Shown: positions 31,050-40,526 of the stretch, in pieces
How positions within the stretch are numbered: position 1 is the first letter of the stretch
Layout of the letters: each line of letters starts with the position of its first letter
Assembly (NCBI GenBank): GCA_040217195.1
Contig: JAVJNR010000002.1
Location: 480,001-544,000, forward strand
Direction: 5' to 3'
DNA: 64,000 nt
Source: Leptospiraceae bacterium
GTDB lineage: Bacteria; Spirochaetota; Leptospiria; Leptospirales; Leptonemataceae
The notes under the pieces: model-generated
The model's database searches: none
The model's input: only the letters and a program-made list of their open reading frames with translations
What the model was told of the DNA's origin: nothing
Translations under genes and position numbers: made by a program

Positions 31050-32408
31050 ATGAAACCAATCTCTACCGCTTTACCTGTTGTTGCCCTCTTGCTTTGTTCT
31101 TGTTACGGAGCCTGTTCATCCGGTCCCAGGTATCCAGGTATGGAGGATTCCGTTCTGGACATTCGCCATAGAGATGGCGATCGTATTCGGATTCTTTCCA
31201 TTTCTGATTCGCATGTACCAGATGAGGAGTCTGAAGAGAATCTTCTGCCAATTCGCAGAAAAGGCCAGGTTTTATCCGGTCTGGATCTTCTGGAAATCGA
31301 TGACTTCCGAATGTTACGCGACCGCCGATTTGCTTTGCTTACGAATGCCACCGGATTGAATAGAAATCTAGTTCCGGGCCTGGATCTTCTGGTTCGATCC
31401 GGAGTCAGACCGGCTCTCATTCTTGAACCAGAACATGGATTGTACAGCCATGAGGATCAGTATTTGCCGGGCGGTTTTCGCCGCGAGGCCCGGTATGGAA
31501 TCCGGCTGCTGAGTCTGTACTCTACGCAGAGAAAGCCTCAGGATTATCAGCTGGAGGGGCTCGAAGCAATTGTTATCGATATTCAGAATCTACCTGTGAG
31601 ATGCTATACCTATGTATCCACCCTCACGTATTTGATGGAGGCTGCAGAAAGAAATGGGATTGAAATAATTATCCTGGATCGTCCTCATCCCTACGGCTTC
31701 TGGAAGGCCAGCGGCCCTTATCTGGAAAGCGGGCTGGAAAGCTTTGTTAGCCTGGCTCCGGTCCCGTATCTCTACAGTATGACCATGGGCGAATATGCAC
31801 TCTATATGGCCAAATCCAGATTTCGAAAGCTGAAACTGTCTATAGTTAAGGTTAAGAACTTTGAAAGGGATGACTCGGAAATCTCCTTGCAACGGGCCTG
31901 GATTAATCCCTCGCCCAACATCCCGGATCTGGAAACGGCACTTGTATATGCAGGCGTTGTATTCTTCGAGGGCACCAACGTCAGTCTGGGCCGAGGAACC
32001 ACCAGACCATTCGTATACTCCGGAGCGCCCTGGATGGATGCGGATTCTGTGCTGGCCGAGCTGCGACGCTTGAAGTTGCCGGGTGTGCGATTTGCCCGCA
32101 CCGTGTTTACGCCCACAGCTTCTTTGTATCGCGGAATTACCTGTTACGGTATTCAGATTATTCCTGTGTCCTATGAATTCGATCCAATTCAAACAGGGTT
32201 CGAATATATGAAGATTCTAAACAGGCTCCATCCGGAGTTTCGTTTCCAGATCCGAGGGTCCGGTCACTACTTTACAGATCATCTCTGGGGCGATGCCACC
32301 TATCGTGAGGCAGTGCTGGAAGATGCAGATTTCAAGAAGTTTCGCAGAACCTATATTCAGGATGGCATCCACTTTGAACAGCTAACAGAAGATGTACGTC
32401 TGTACTGA
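31050..32408 (+). CDS. DUF1343 / NamZ-like exo-beta-N-acetylmuramidase, probable lipoprotein
   Basis: LLTNATG, PEHG, DIQ....R.YTY, LDRP.P, PSPNIP, EGTNVSLGRGT. Confidence 0.88.
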   Translation: MKPISTALPVVALLLCSCYGACSSGPRYPGMEDSVLDIRHRDGDRIRILSISDSHVPDEESEENLLPIRRKGQVLSGLDLLEIDDFRMLRDRRFALLTNATGLNRNLVPGLDLLVRSGVRPALILEPEHGLYSHEDQYLPGGFRREARYGIRLLSLYSTQRKPQDYQLEGLEAIVIDIQNLPVRCYTYVSTLTYLMEAAERNGIEIIILDRPHPYGFWKASGPYLESGLESFVSLAPVPYLYSMTMGEYALYMAKSRFRKLKLSIVKVKNFERDDSEISLQRAWINPSPNIPDLETALVYAGVVFFEGTNVSLGRGTTRPFVYSGAPWMDADSVLAELRRLKLPGVRFARTVFTPTASLYRGITCYGIQIIPVSYEFDPIQTGFEYMKILNRLHPEFRFQIRGSGHYFTDHLWGDATYREAVLEDADFKKFRRTYIQDGIHFEQLTEDVRLY

Positions 32409-32568
32409 ACTATCCGCCTACATCCGTCCTGTCTAAGGGCTTGCAGTTCTTGATTATCGCCATTAAGGAATAAAGGATTGCAGGTAGTTGTCCCGGATTT
32501 GGATCGTTCCATTTTAGAAAGATTCGGTGTTGACCGGAATCTTTTGGAAGTACAAATTCATTGTCATA

Positions 32569-34170
32569 ATGGCTGAACCAGGAAGTGCAAAGAAAATATT
32601 TCAGAAGGTCTCCTCATCGCCCACCAGACCTCCTTCGGAGAAAAAGGAAGCCAGGTTTGATGTAGCGGATCTCTATGAAGGTCCGGCCTCCACCGGTGCA
32701 GAAACGTCTCGAGTGACAGGCCTGGATGAGAAGCTTCGTCAGGCCTATTTCTGGATCGTTAACAATGCCATCATTTCGCCTTTCTATGATATAGAGTATA
32801 ACGAAGAACCTCCTACTACGTTTTCTATCGGAGACCGGAAGACCACTCTTAGTTTGCCCACTGCTCAGAGCTACTCCAGTTTTGTATTGATGCCTTTGCT
32901 CAATCTGGCTGTGCGAAGAAGGTGCCTCTTTGTGGGCGGACCCGGGCGAGGAAAAACTGCCAGCGCCATCCTCATGGGAGTGCTGGCCGGATATTCGCTT
33001 ACAGAGATTCGCCGAGCCATTCAGCATGGTCAGCCAGAGATGACAGTAACCGACCTTCTGGGCAATCCCATTCCGTCGGACTTGATGAAAGCCAGTTCCA
33101 TGGATGAAGTTCGCATTTCCTGGAGAAAGTGGCTTGGGATGCGGGTAAAGATCATCGATGAATACAATCGAATTCCCACAAGGACTCAGTCTGCTCTACT
33201 GACTGTTCTGGCAGATAACTATGCCGAGGTTCTGGATCAGATATATGAATGTCCGGAGGCTGCCTGGTATCTCACGGCCAACGACGACGCAGGTGGAGGA
33301 ACCTATAAGGTCATTGAGGCATTGCAGGATCGAATCGACATTGTAGTCCATGCATTGCACTTTAATACCAGGTTTATTGGCGATCTATTGATGAGAATTG
33401 AGGCTGGCATCTCTCCGGAAAAGATGGTACCAGAAAGCATTGTATTCACGGAATCCGAACTGGCGCAAATGAATACAGACATACTGGCTGTTCCAATTTC
33501 CTCCGATCTAATGCGAAGGGTGGAATTCTTCGCATCCCACTTCGAATTCTTTGAATCTGCCGGCGAACAGCTGGAGTATAAAACGAAGGACAATGTTAAG
33601 CTTTCCGGACTGGATCTTTCACATTTGATGCTGGAGGAAACGGGACGGGACTTGATCAAGGACCTGGGAAGTCAGACAAAGAATGGTTTATCTGTAAGGG
33701 CCATAATGACCTGTCTGGTATTTGCCAAGGCCATTGCTTACTTTCGTGGCCAACCTGAAGTCTCATACGAAGATTTTCGTCAGATGCTGCCATTTGTATT
33801 GCATGATAAGCTTGCCCAGAATTCGGAGTCTCCTTTCTTCGAAGGAAGCAACCATAGCATTTATCGTGTAGATCGAATCGGGTGGATTCGCAAACTATTC
33901 GATCTATCATCCTCCGAATTTGATCGTATTGGTCTGGAAAAAGACGATCCGGTAGCTCGCCTGACAGAGCAGTTCGATGAAGGCCTGGATGGATTGAGCG
34001 AGAAAGATACTCGTGCAAGACTGGCTACCATCGAGAAAACCATACAGGACTTAATCAAATCCAGAAAGCTCTATGGTCATGTCTTTGATGACATTCTGAA
34101 ACTCAAATATCTACACCAGAGATACACCAACTATTTGACCTGGTTGCAATGGTCCTCCGGACAGTCCTGA
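32569..34170 (+). CDS. MoxR-like AAA+ ATPase
   Basis: Walker A GGPGRGKT, Walker B IIDEYNR..TRTQSALL, sensor TAN, GTY...EALQDR; ATG 32569 (track start 32527). Confidence 0.88.
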   Translation: MAEPGSAKKIFQKVSSSPTRPPSEKKEARFDVADLYEGPASTGAETSRVTGLDEKLRQAYFWIVNNAIISPFYDIEYNEEPPTTFSIGDRKTTLSLPTAQSYSSFVLMPLLNLAVRRRCLFVGGPGRGKTASAILMGVLAGYSLTEIRRAIQHGQPEMTVTDLLGNPIPSDLMKASSMDEVRISWRKWLGMRVKIIDEYNRIPTRTQSALLTVLADNYAEVLDQIYECPEAAWYLTANDDAGGGTYKVIEALQDRIDIVVHALHFNTRFIGDLLMRIEAGISPEKMVPESIVFTESELAQMNTDILAVPISSDLMRRVEFFASHFEFFESAGEQLEYKTKDNVKLSGLDLSHLMLEETGRDLIKDLGSQTKNGLSVRAIMTCLVFAKAIAYFRGQPEVSYEDFRQMLPFVLHDKLAQNSESPFFEGSNHSIYRVDRIGWIRKLFDLSSSEFDRIGLEKDDPVARLTEQFDEGLDGLSEKDTRARLATIEKTIQDLIKSRKLYGHVFDDILKLKYLHQRYTNYLTWLQWSSGQS

Positions 34171-34215
34171 GTTCTATTACCGGGATGGAAAATGGAAGGA
34201 TGAAACCCAAGAAGT

Positions 34216-35250
34216 ATGGTAGAGGAAAAGCAAACTGAATCTACGAGTCTGGAGAGCTTCCTCCGTAATCATCGAGATGAGCTCAACCAGGAATTCAGGA
34301 TGGCCTGGCTACAGAACCGAAAGCTCAACGGGCAGCAGTTTCTGCAAGATTTTCAGAGCCTCGCCAATTCGTTTTTGAGTAAGTCATCTATTAGCGGAGT
34401 GGATATAGAATCCGGGTTAAGGACGATTTACCAGGTGCTTCTAAGGGTCCATCCCGGTCGAAGCTGGAACGAGAAGAATGCCAGTCTTCTGATGGCTGCA
34501 GTGTCTACATTTCCTGCGATGACAGGCAGGCATGGAACGGACTTTCTGTCTAGAATCTTCAATGCCAGCTTTTCTATGGTCGAACGCTCACTGGAACCGG
34601 AGAAATGGTGGCAACTGCTTTCAAAGTTGTCCTTCAGGGACTCGCATTATGCCGGCGAAGCTCCCGGGCGATTCTTTAGAATTGCTGCATCCATTTCTTA
34701 TCTTGCTGGAATGACTCATCTCCGGGACAGCGCAATTTCCCAGCTGCAGAATCTAGATGCAGAGGAATGCCAGGCGCTATTTCCTCGGGCGGAACCACAG
34801 AAACTCAAACTGTGGCTAGGGCGTCTTCTGGATGATCCCTGGGCCGATCAAAATATATCGCCTTTGCTTATTGGTGGCTATCAAGGGTTTACAGATAATC
34901 CAATGATCCAGGCGCGTCAGGGATTTGCAAGGCCGCCAGTAATGGTCGGGGTTTCTGCCACATACAATGTTCCCCTGGTTTCAGATTCGAATCGGTTTTT
35001 TCTAATTTTTGCGGATCGGTTCGGTGCGCAGATAGTTCCCGTAGGGGAATCGGTTGCCAATTCAATAGCCCCTGATGGACGGCCGGAGAAAATCAGAGCC
35101 TCCAGGGAGGTTCTCAATTCTGCGCATTCAATTCTGAACAAGAGTAAACTACCAATGCCCGCTCGATTCCAGAGTCATATTATCTGGAAAAAGACCTTAT
35201 TCGCAGTGAGCGAAGACAGTCATTTTATCTGGGTGGTGCCGGTAAAATGA
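34216..35250 (+). CDS. Hypothetical protein in the MoxR/vWA operon
   Basis: 344-aa ORF whose stop overlaps the next start (ATGA). Confidence 0.75.
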   Translation: MVEEKQTESTSLESFLRNHRDELNQEFRMAWLQNRKLNGQQFLQDFQSLANSFLSKSSISGVDIESGLRTIYQVLLRVHPGRSWNEKNASLLMAAVSTFPAMTGRHGTDFLSRIFNASFSMVERSLEPEKWWQLLSKLSFRDSHYAGEAPGRFFRIAASISYLAGMTHLRDSAISQLQNLDAEECQALFPRAEPQKLKLWLGRLLDDPWADQNISPLLIGGYQGFTDNPMIQARQGFARPPVMVGVSATYNVPLVSDSNRFFLIFADRFGAQIVPVGESVANSIAPDGRPEKIRASREVLNSAHSILNKSKLPMPARFQSHIIWKKTLFAVSEDSHFIWVVPVK

Positions 35251-36983
35251 GCGATGCGGAGAAATGGCTGGAGGACTGGCCCCGAGCTCTAAACCTCTGG
35301 GGGCGTTATATTAAGTTGCAGGATCCGAGTTTGACTCGGCGAAAGAGGATACCGGGAAAAAAGACCGCCACACCTCTGGCCTATATTGATCTGGAAAAAA
35401 AGCAGGTAGTAGTTGGACTATCTGAGGTGGAACGACTTAACCTTGAGGACTTCAGGCTGGAGATTCTGGCGCATGAGATTGGACATCATGTTTTCGCACC
35501 AGGAGATTTACTGGATGCGGCGCGATGCATGGCTCGAATCCAGAGAGCTTTAAGGGAATATTCGGCCGAAAGCGGTCTGATACTCAATCTGTATACGGAC
35601 CTTCTGATAAACCATCGTCTGCAAAGTCAGGGATTGGTCATGGATCAGATATATGCCAGGATAAACCAGGCCTCCCAGGGCGCCGATCAGTTGTGGAGTC
35701 TGTACATGAGGATCTACGAAATTCTCTGGTCGCTAAGTCCTGGAACATTGACTGAAAAGGTGGAGTCCGAAATGGAAGGCGATGCAGCGGTGGCTGCTCA
35801 GGTTATTCGCTCCTTTGCTACAGATATTGTAAGAGGAAGCGGAATGTTTGCTGCCATCTGTTATTACTATTTGAAAGCAGATGGCTCTGCCGCTACGCGA
35901 ACAAACATGAAGCCTCTACTGGATTCCGAGCATGTTTCATCAGGTGATATTATCCCGGATGGACTTGTATCCATGGAAGAGGGAGAAGAAGAGGAATGTA
36001 GCTATCCAGATTTTGATGAAAATGGACAATGGAAGTCTGCCTCCGATACGGATAATGCACCGGAGGGCCAGAGCAAGGGCGACGCAGAGGGGCAAAGTCG
36101 CATCCCGCTGGATTATTACAATATTCTGAAAGCGATGGGCATTGAAGTCAGTCAGGAGCAAGCCACCAATCGATTCTACAGAGAAAAAGCCAGGCCTTAT
36201 TTGATTCCCTTTCCGGTGGCTGAAAGCCAGGAGTCTACCGAGCCATTGTTAGAAGGGTATGAGATCTGGCAGCCGGGACAAATGCTGGAAAGGATTAACT
36301 GGTTCCAAACCCTGATGCGAAGCCCGGTAGTCATCCCGGGTTATACAACGGTTCAAAACAGGTATGGCACCTCGGAAGGACAGCGTGAAGGTCAGAGCCC
36401 CATTGATCTGGATATTTATGTAGATTGTTCCGGTAGCATGCCCCGTCCATCAATGCGACTTTCTTACCCGGCACTGGCTGGCACCATTGTGGCCCTTTCT
36501 GCACTTCGAACAGGATCCTCTGTGCAGGCCACTCTTTGGAGTGGTCCGAATCAGGTTCAAATCACCGATGGTTTTGTGCGTGATGAAGATCAGATCCTTT
36601 CGGTGCTAACCGGCTACATTGGTGGCGGTACTTCTTTTCCATTACAAATTCTACGAAAGACGTACCTGGAGCATCCTTTGCCGGGACGAAAAGTCCATAT
36701 CCTGGTAATCAGCGATTATGGAGTGGACACAATGCTTCAAAATGATGAACTTGGAAATAGCGGCAAAGACATTGCCAGGAAGGCCCTGGAATGTGCAGGC
36801 GGCGGAGGTACATTCGCACTGGAGCTCTATACAAGTTGGGAGCAAAACAAAAGGCTGAAGGAGGCTGCCTCCCTGGGTTTCAATATTCATTCGGTTACTT
36901 CAGCTCAGGAGCTCACTGGCTTTGCCCGACGTTTTGTTCAGGAAAACTATAGAAATGGAAAATCAATCAGAAGCACTCATTGA
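35247..36983 (+). CDS. HEXXH metallopeptidase-like + vWA domain protein
   Basis: LAHEIGHH zincin motif; acidic linker; MIDAS DCSGS...GGGT...ISD. Confidence 0.85.
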   Translation: MSDAEKWLEDWPRALNLWGRYIKLQDPSLTRRKRIPGKKTATPLAYIDLEKKQVVVGLSEVERLNLEDFRLEILAHEIGHHVFAPGDLLDAARCMARIQRALREYSAESGLILNLYTDLLINHRLQSQGLVMDQIYARINQASQGADQLWSLYMRIYEILWSLSPGTLTEKVESEMEGDAAVAAQVIRSFATDIVRGSGMFAAICYYYLKADGSAATRTNMKPLLDSEHVSSGDIIPDGLVSMEEGEEEECSYPDFDENGQWKSASDTDNAPEGQSKGDAEGQSRIPLDYYNILKAMGIEVSQEQATNRFYREKARPYLIPFPVAESQESTEPLLEGYEIWQPGQMLERINWFQTLMRSPVVIPGYTTVQNRYGTSEGQREGQSPIDLDIYVDCSGSMPRPSMRLSYPALAGTIVALSALRTGSSVQATLWSGPNQVQITDGFVRDEDQILSVLTGYIGGGTSFPLQILRKTYLEHPLPGRKVHILVISDYGVDTMLQNDELGNSGKDIARKALECAGGGGTFALELYTSWEQNKRLKEAASLGFNIHSVTSAQELTGFARRFVQENYRNGKSIRSTH

Positions 36984-37641
36984 TGGAGGTAACTGGTCTG
37001 AAAGACTCATTCAAATTGCGATCTGGTTATCGGTCATTACAATAGGCTACAATGTTGTGGAAGGGGTGATCGCTCTGGTGCTCGGGGGCAGGGATGAAAC
37101 TCTGGCTCTTATGGGCTTTGGAATAGACAGTTTTGTGGAAGTTCTCTCTGCCATTGGCATATTGCATATGACACTGAGAATGCGAAAGGAGGGCCCAGGC
37201 ACTACGGCCAGAAAGGAATTCGAGAAACGAGCCCTTCGAATCACAGCCATTTCTTTTTTTGTTCTGGTGGCCGGTATTGTAGCTGCATCAGCCTTGCAGG
37301 TAATGTATCAAGTACCTCCGGAATCCACGTTCTGGGGAATGGTAGTTACCGGAATTAGTATGCTTGGCATGGGATTTCTAATTCATGGAAAAACATCTGT
37401 GGGTAACCGGCTGAACTCTCCAGCCATCCTGGCCGATGCGAATTGCTCTAGAAGCTGTCTTTATCTTTCAGCCGCAGTTTTCATTTCTGGACTACTCTAC
37501 GAATGGACGGGCATACTTTACGCGGATACCCTGGGCGCCCTGGCTGTTGCCTTTTTCGCATTCAAGGAAGGCCGGGAATCTATGATGAAATCCAGGGACG
37601 ATAGTCTGTCCTGCGGTTGCCACGATGACTGTCAGACCTGA
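36955..37641 (+). CDS. Short cation diffusion facilitator (TM-only) transporter
   Basis: YNVVEG, AL.GFG.DS..E, AILADA, D.LGAL; Cys/His tail SCGCHDDC. Confidence 0.82.
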   Translation: MENQSEALIDGGNWSERLIQIAIWLSVITIGYNVVEGVIALVLGGRDETLALMGFGIDSFVEVLSAIGILHMTLRMRKEGPGTTARKEFEKRALRITAISFFVLVAGIVAASALQVMYQVPPESTFWGMVVTGISMLGMGFLIHGKTSVGNRLNSPAILADANCSRSCLYLSAAVFISGLLYEWTGILYADTLGALAVAFFAFKEGRESMMKSRDDSLSCGCHDDCQT

Positions 37642-38438
37642 AAGGCATTGTCCAGGATCATCATCAGAGCAAATCCAATCATTAACCCTGCGGTGGCCTG
37701 GTGTTCAAAGCCATTCTTTTGCGTTTCCGGTATCATTTCGCTGCTAATAATATAGAGCATGGCGCCGCCTGAGGCGGACAAACCCCAGGGAAGCATCGCT
37801 GAGCTGAAACCAATGGCTGTGGCTCCCAGAAACACTCCCAGAGACTCAACAAGTCCGGTGGCCAGAGTCACCAGAATAGCTGTCCGCGAGGTGAAACCTT
37901 CTGCAATTAAGGCCAGCCCTACAATCATACCTTCAGGAATATTTTGCAGCCCAATGCCAGCCATTAGTGGTAATGAAATGGACTCCTCTCCTGAAGCTGC
38001 CCCCACGCCCAGAGCCATACCTTCGGGAAAGTTATGGATGCCCACAGCGAATATAAAGAGCCATAATCGACGAATAGATTCGCTATTGGAACCTTCTGCG
38101 CCGCGAAAGAAGTGTTCATGAGGAACAAAACGATTGGTTAAATGAAGAAAAGCTCCTCCCATCAGTAAACCCAGAACAGCCATCCCGGCGCTGGCCAGAG
38201 CTGATGCTTGCTCAAAATGATCCATCGCTGGCAAAATCAAAGAAAAGAACGTAGCGCCTAACATCACTCCGGCACAGACGCCCATGGTGACATCGTGCAG
38301 ACGGGCGGAAAAACGAACCTGCAGCAGAACCGGTAATGCACCCAGCCCGGTTGAAAAGAAGGCAATTGCCGCACCCAGAAGTACCTGATTATTCCAGATT
38401 TCGCTCCAGCCCACGGAATAAAGGAAAGGCCTGCGCAT
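37632..38438 (-). CDS. ZIP-family (GufA-like) metal transporter
   Basis: PHEH, IHNFPEGMALGV, IGLQNIPEG, GGAMLYII..E.IPE. Confidence 0.93.
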   Translation of the reverse strand: MRRPFLYSVGWSEIWNNQVLLGAAIAFFSTGLGALPVLLQVRFSARLHDVTMGVCAGVMLGATFFSLILPAMDHFEQASALASAGMAVLGLLMGGAFLHLTNRFVPHEHFFRGAEGSNSESIRRLWLFIFAVGIHNFPEGMALGVGAASGEESISLPLMAGIGLQNIPEGMIVGLALIAEGFTSRTAILVTLATGLVESLGVFLGATAIGFSSAMLPWGLSASGGAMLYIISSEMIPETQKNGFEHQATAGLMIGFALMMILDNAFQV

Positions 38439-38566
38439 TCTCCGGTCAAGGTTTAACGTATATTGAATCTTTCAATGCCTGAAAATCCCTCCGCCCATTG
38501 CAGTGTCCGGGCTACAGCCAGAATTGAAAATTACTGGTCATTCTACGGAATGACCTGATTCAATGG

Positions 38567-39163
38567 ATGGTCTTGCGGCCTATGTCAATTCAGGAAATAG
38601 ACATTCATCAATTAATGCGAAGGCTTTCGGGTTGTCCTTCTAGCATCTATGGCTTTTCAGGTCTGGAAGCCCGGGGACCGGTACCTGTGGCTATAGCTCA
38701 GGACACTGTTTTTCATCTTGGTGGCTCCGCCCTAGATGGAAAAACCAGAGAGTCCCTTTTGCAAATGCAGGCTCATCGACCGGAAGAAGCGGCATTTATG
38801 ATGCTGGGTTGCTTCCTCATTTCTGACTCTGTCTTCTACCAGAGATCCGATCTTCTGGATGGCTGTATTTCCCTCCTATTGAAAGGGTTTTCAGATCTGG
38901 CAGCCGTTTCCCGGGCAGCGGATTTTGTATCGAATACGGACAGACGCGAAGAGTTTGTCCGTCTCTGTCTCAACCATTTGCAGCTACGGCCTTCCGGGGA
39001 GAGCAAAGAGATGTTCAAGAATCGATGGGAATCGCTGGATACAGTGCATCGCGTGGCTTTGATGCAAAAGGCAGCTGAGCTTCGCAAAAGGCAGGAAGAG
39101 TTGCGAAAAGCGATGGAGCGAAAGGCCGCCGAGGAGGCAGCCTCCAAGTGGTCCAGGGAATAA
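38567..39163 (+). CDS. Hypothetical helical protein with C-terminal coiled coil
   Basis: 198-aa ORF; DRREEFVR, RPSGE, charged tail ending KWSRE; 1-nt gap to next gene. Confidence 0.78.
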   Translation: MVLRPMSIQEIDIHQLMRRLSGCPSSIYGFSGLEARGPVPVAIAQDTVFHLGGSALDGKTRESLLQMQAHRPEEAAFMMLGCFLISDSVFYQRSDLLDGCISLLLKGFSDLAAVSRAADFVSNTDRREEFVRLCLNHLQLRPSGESKEMFKNRWESLDTVHRVALMQKAAELRKRQEELRKAMERKAAEEAASKWSRE

Positions 39164-39164
39164 A

Positions 39165-40526
39165 ATGAGAAATCTAGAGGAAATAAAATCCCGCATTCCA
39201 ATGATTCAGGATTATCATTTTGAACTCTATCGTCGCATAGTAGAGAATCCCGCTGCACCGGCATTCAATTCGCAGTGCGGCGATCGATTGCAGGAATTGG
39301 ATTTTGAGATACTGGACCAATTCAATAGCGATCTTAAGAGAGCAGAGATTTACAAACCAGACACTGTATGGCTGGAAAGATACATAGAAACTCAAGCGCT
39401 CAACAGTCCTTATTTTTTCAGGTCCAGGGAAGCAGGCCTTGCAGATGCGCAAGTAATGACCAGAAATGATATTCGAGATAGATTGCACGAAATAGTGCCC
39501 TTGAATGCAGATCTAAGCGGACTCATATTGAATCCCACCAGCGGTACAACAGGAATGCCAGTCCAGGTTCCCAATACGCCCCTGGGCGTGGGGCATTATC
39601 AGCCAATTATTCTGGAAGCCATTCGCAGGCATGGCGTTGAACTAAATCCATCCAACGGGGATATGGCTGCCGTGCAGATTTGTTCCCAGAGACATACCAT
39701 GACATATGGAACTGTGCATGCCTATTACGATGGAGCAGGCTTTGCAAAAATCAATCTACCTCCAGAAGGCCGGGAGGCTCTTCTCGGTGATTGGAGTGCA
39801 AAAGATCATCCGGACCGATTCCTGAAGGATCTACGGCCAATGATTCTGTCCGGGGATCCATTTGCCTTCCAGGTTTATATGGATTACGGAATAGATTTTC
39901 ATCCCAGGGCCGTTCTCAGTACAGCGTCTACGTTGAGTGCTGAACTGCGAAATCGCATGGAATCCTATTTTGAATGTCCTGTTATTGATCTCTATTCCAG
40001 CAATGAAACCGGTCCTGTGGCTGCCAGTTGTTCGCAGCATTCCAATAGATTCCATCAGTTATCATCCGATATATTTCTTGAAGTACTATCGGACCAGGGA
40101 GTGGCGACCTCGGGGGAGGGGGAGTTACTGGTTTCCGGAGGTCGCAATCCCCTTCTTCCTTTGCTTCGATATAATACCGGGGATCGTTGCTATCTATCTC
40201 AGGAAGCCTGCAGTTGTGGCGCTCAGGGTTTCATGGAGGGCTTTCAGGGTCGACCCACGGTTTTCTTTCATTCAGCGGCAGGACGTCGCATTAATCCTCT
40301 GGACTTCGCCAGGATGCTGCGATTTGTGCCTGCGAAAAGACATCGACTTCAGCAGAATTCGGATGGCACCATGGATGTATTTGTAGATCCAGGCTCCTTC
40401 GAACTGGAAACCTACAGCGAAGAGATTGTGAAAAAGGGCATGGAACTACTGGCCGGAGGAATCGTGCGAGTGCATCCCTGGGATCCTGCTCTGGAGAAGG
40501 ATTATCCCTATGAGGTAGTGGAATGA
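39165..40526 (+). CDS. PaaK/CapK-like adenylate-forming (ANL superfamily) ligase
   Basis: TSGTTG, YSSNETG, RYNTGD and GR core motifs. Confidence 0.85.
   Translation: MRNLEEIKSRIPMIQDYHFELYRRIVENPAAPAFNSQCGDRLQELDFEILDQFNSDLKRAEIYKPDTVWLERYIETQALNSPYFFRSREAGLADAQVMTRNDIRDRLHEIVPLNADLSGLILNPTSGTTGMPVQVPNTPLGVGHYQPIILEAIRRHGVELNPSNGDMAAVQICSQRHTMTYGTVHAYYDGAGFAKINLPPEGREALLGDWSAKDHPDRFLKDLRPMILSGDPFAFQVYMDYGIDFHPRAVLSTASTLSAELRNRMESYFECPVIDLYSSNETGPVAASCSQHSNRFHQLSSDIFLEVLSDQGVATSGEGELLVSGGRNPLLPLLRYNTGDRCYLSQEACSCGAQGFMEGFQGRPTVFFHSAAGRRINPLDFARMLRFVPAKRHRLQQNSDGTMDVFVDPGSFELETYSEEIVKKGMELLAGGIVRVHPWDPALEKDYPYEVVE

Noticed and set aside
29108..34170. Deaminase + AAA ATPase as a RADAR system
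   Set aside because: The genes are separated by an opposite-strand thioesterase and namZ, and the ATPase is MoxR-type with its own vWA partner.
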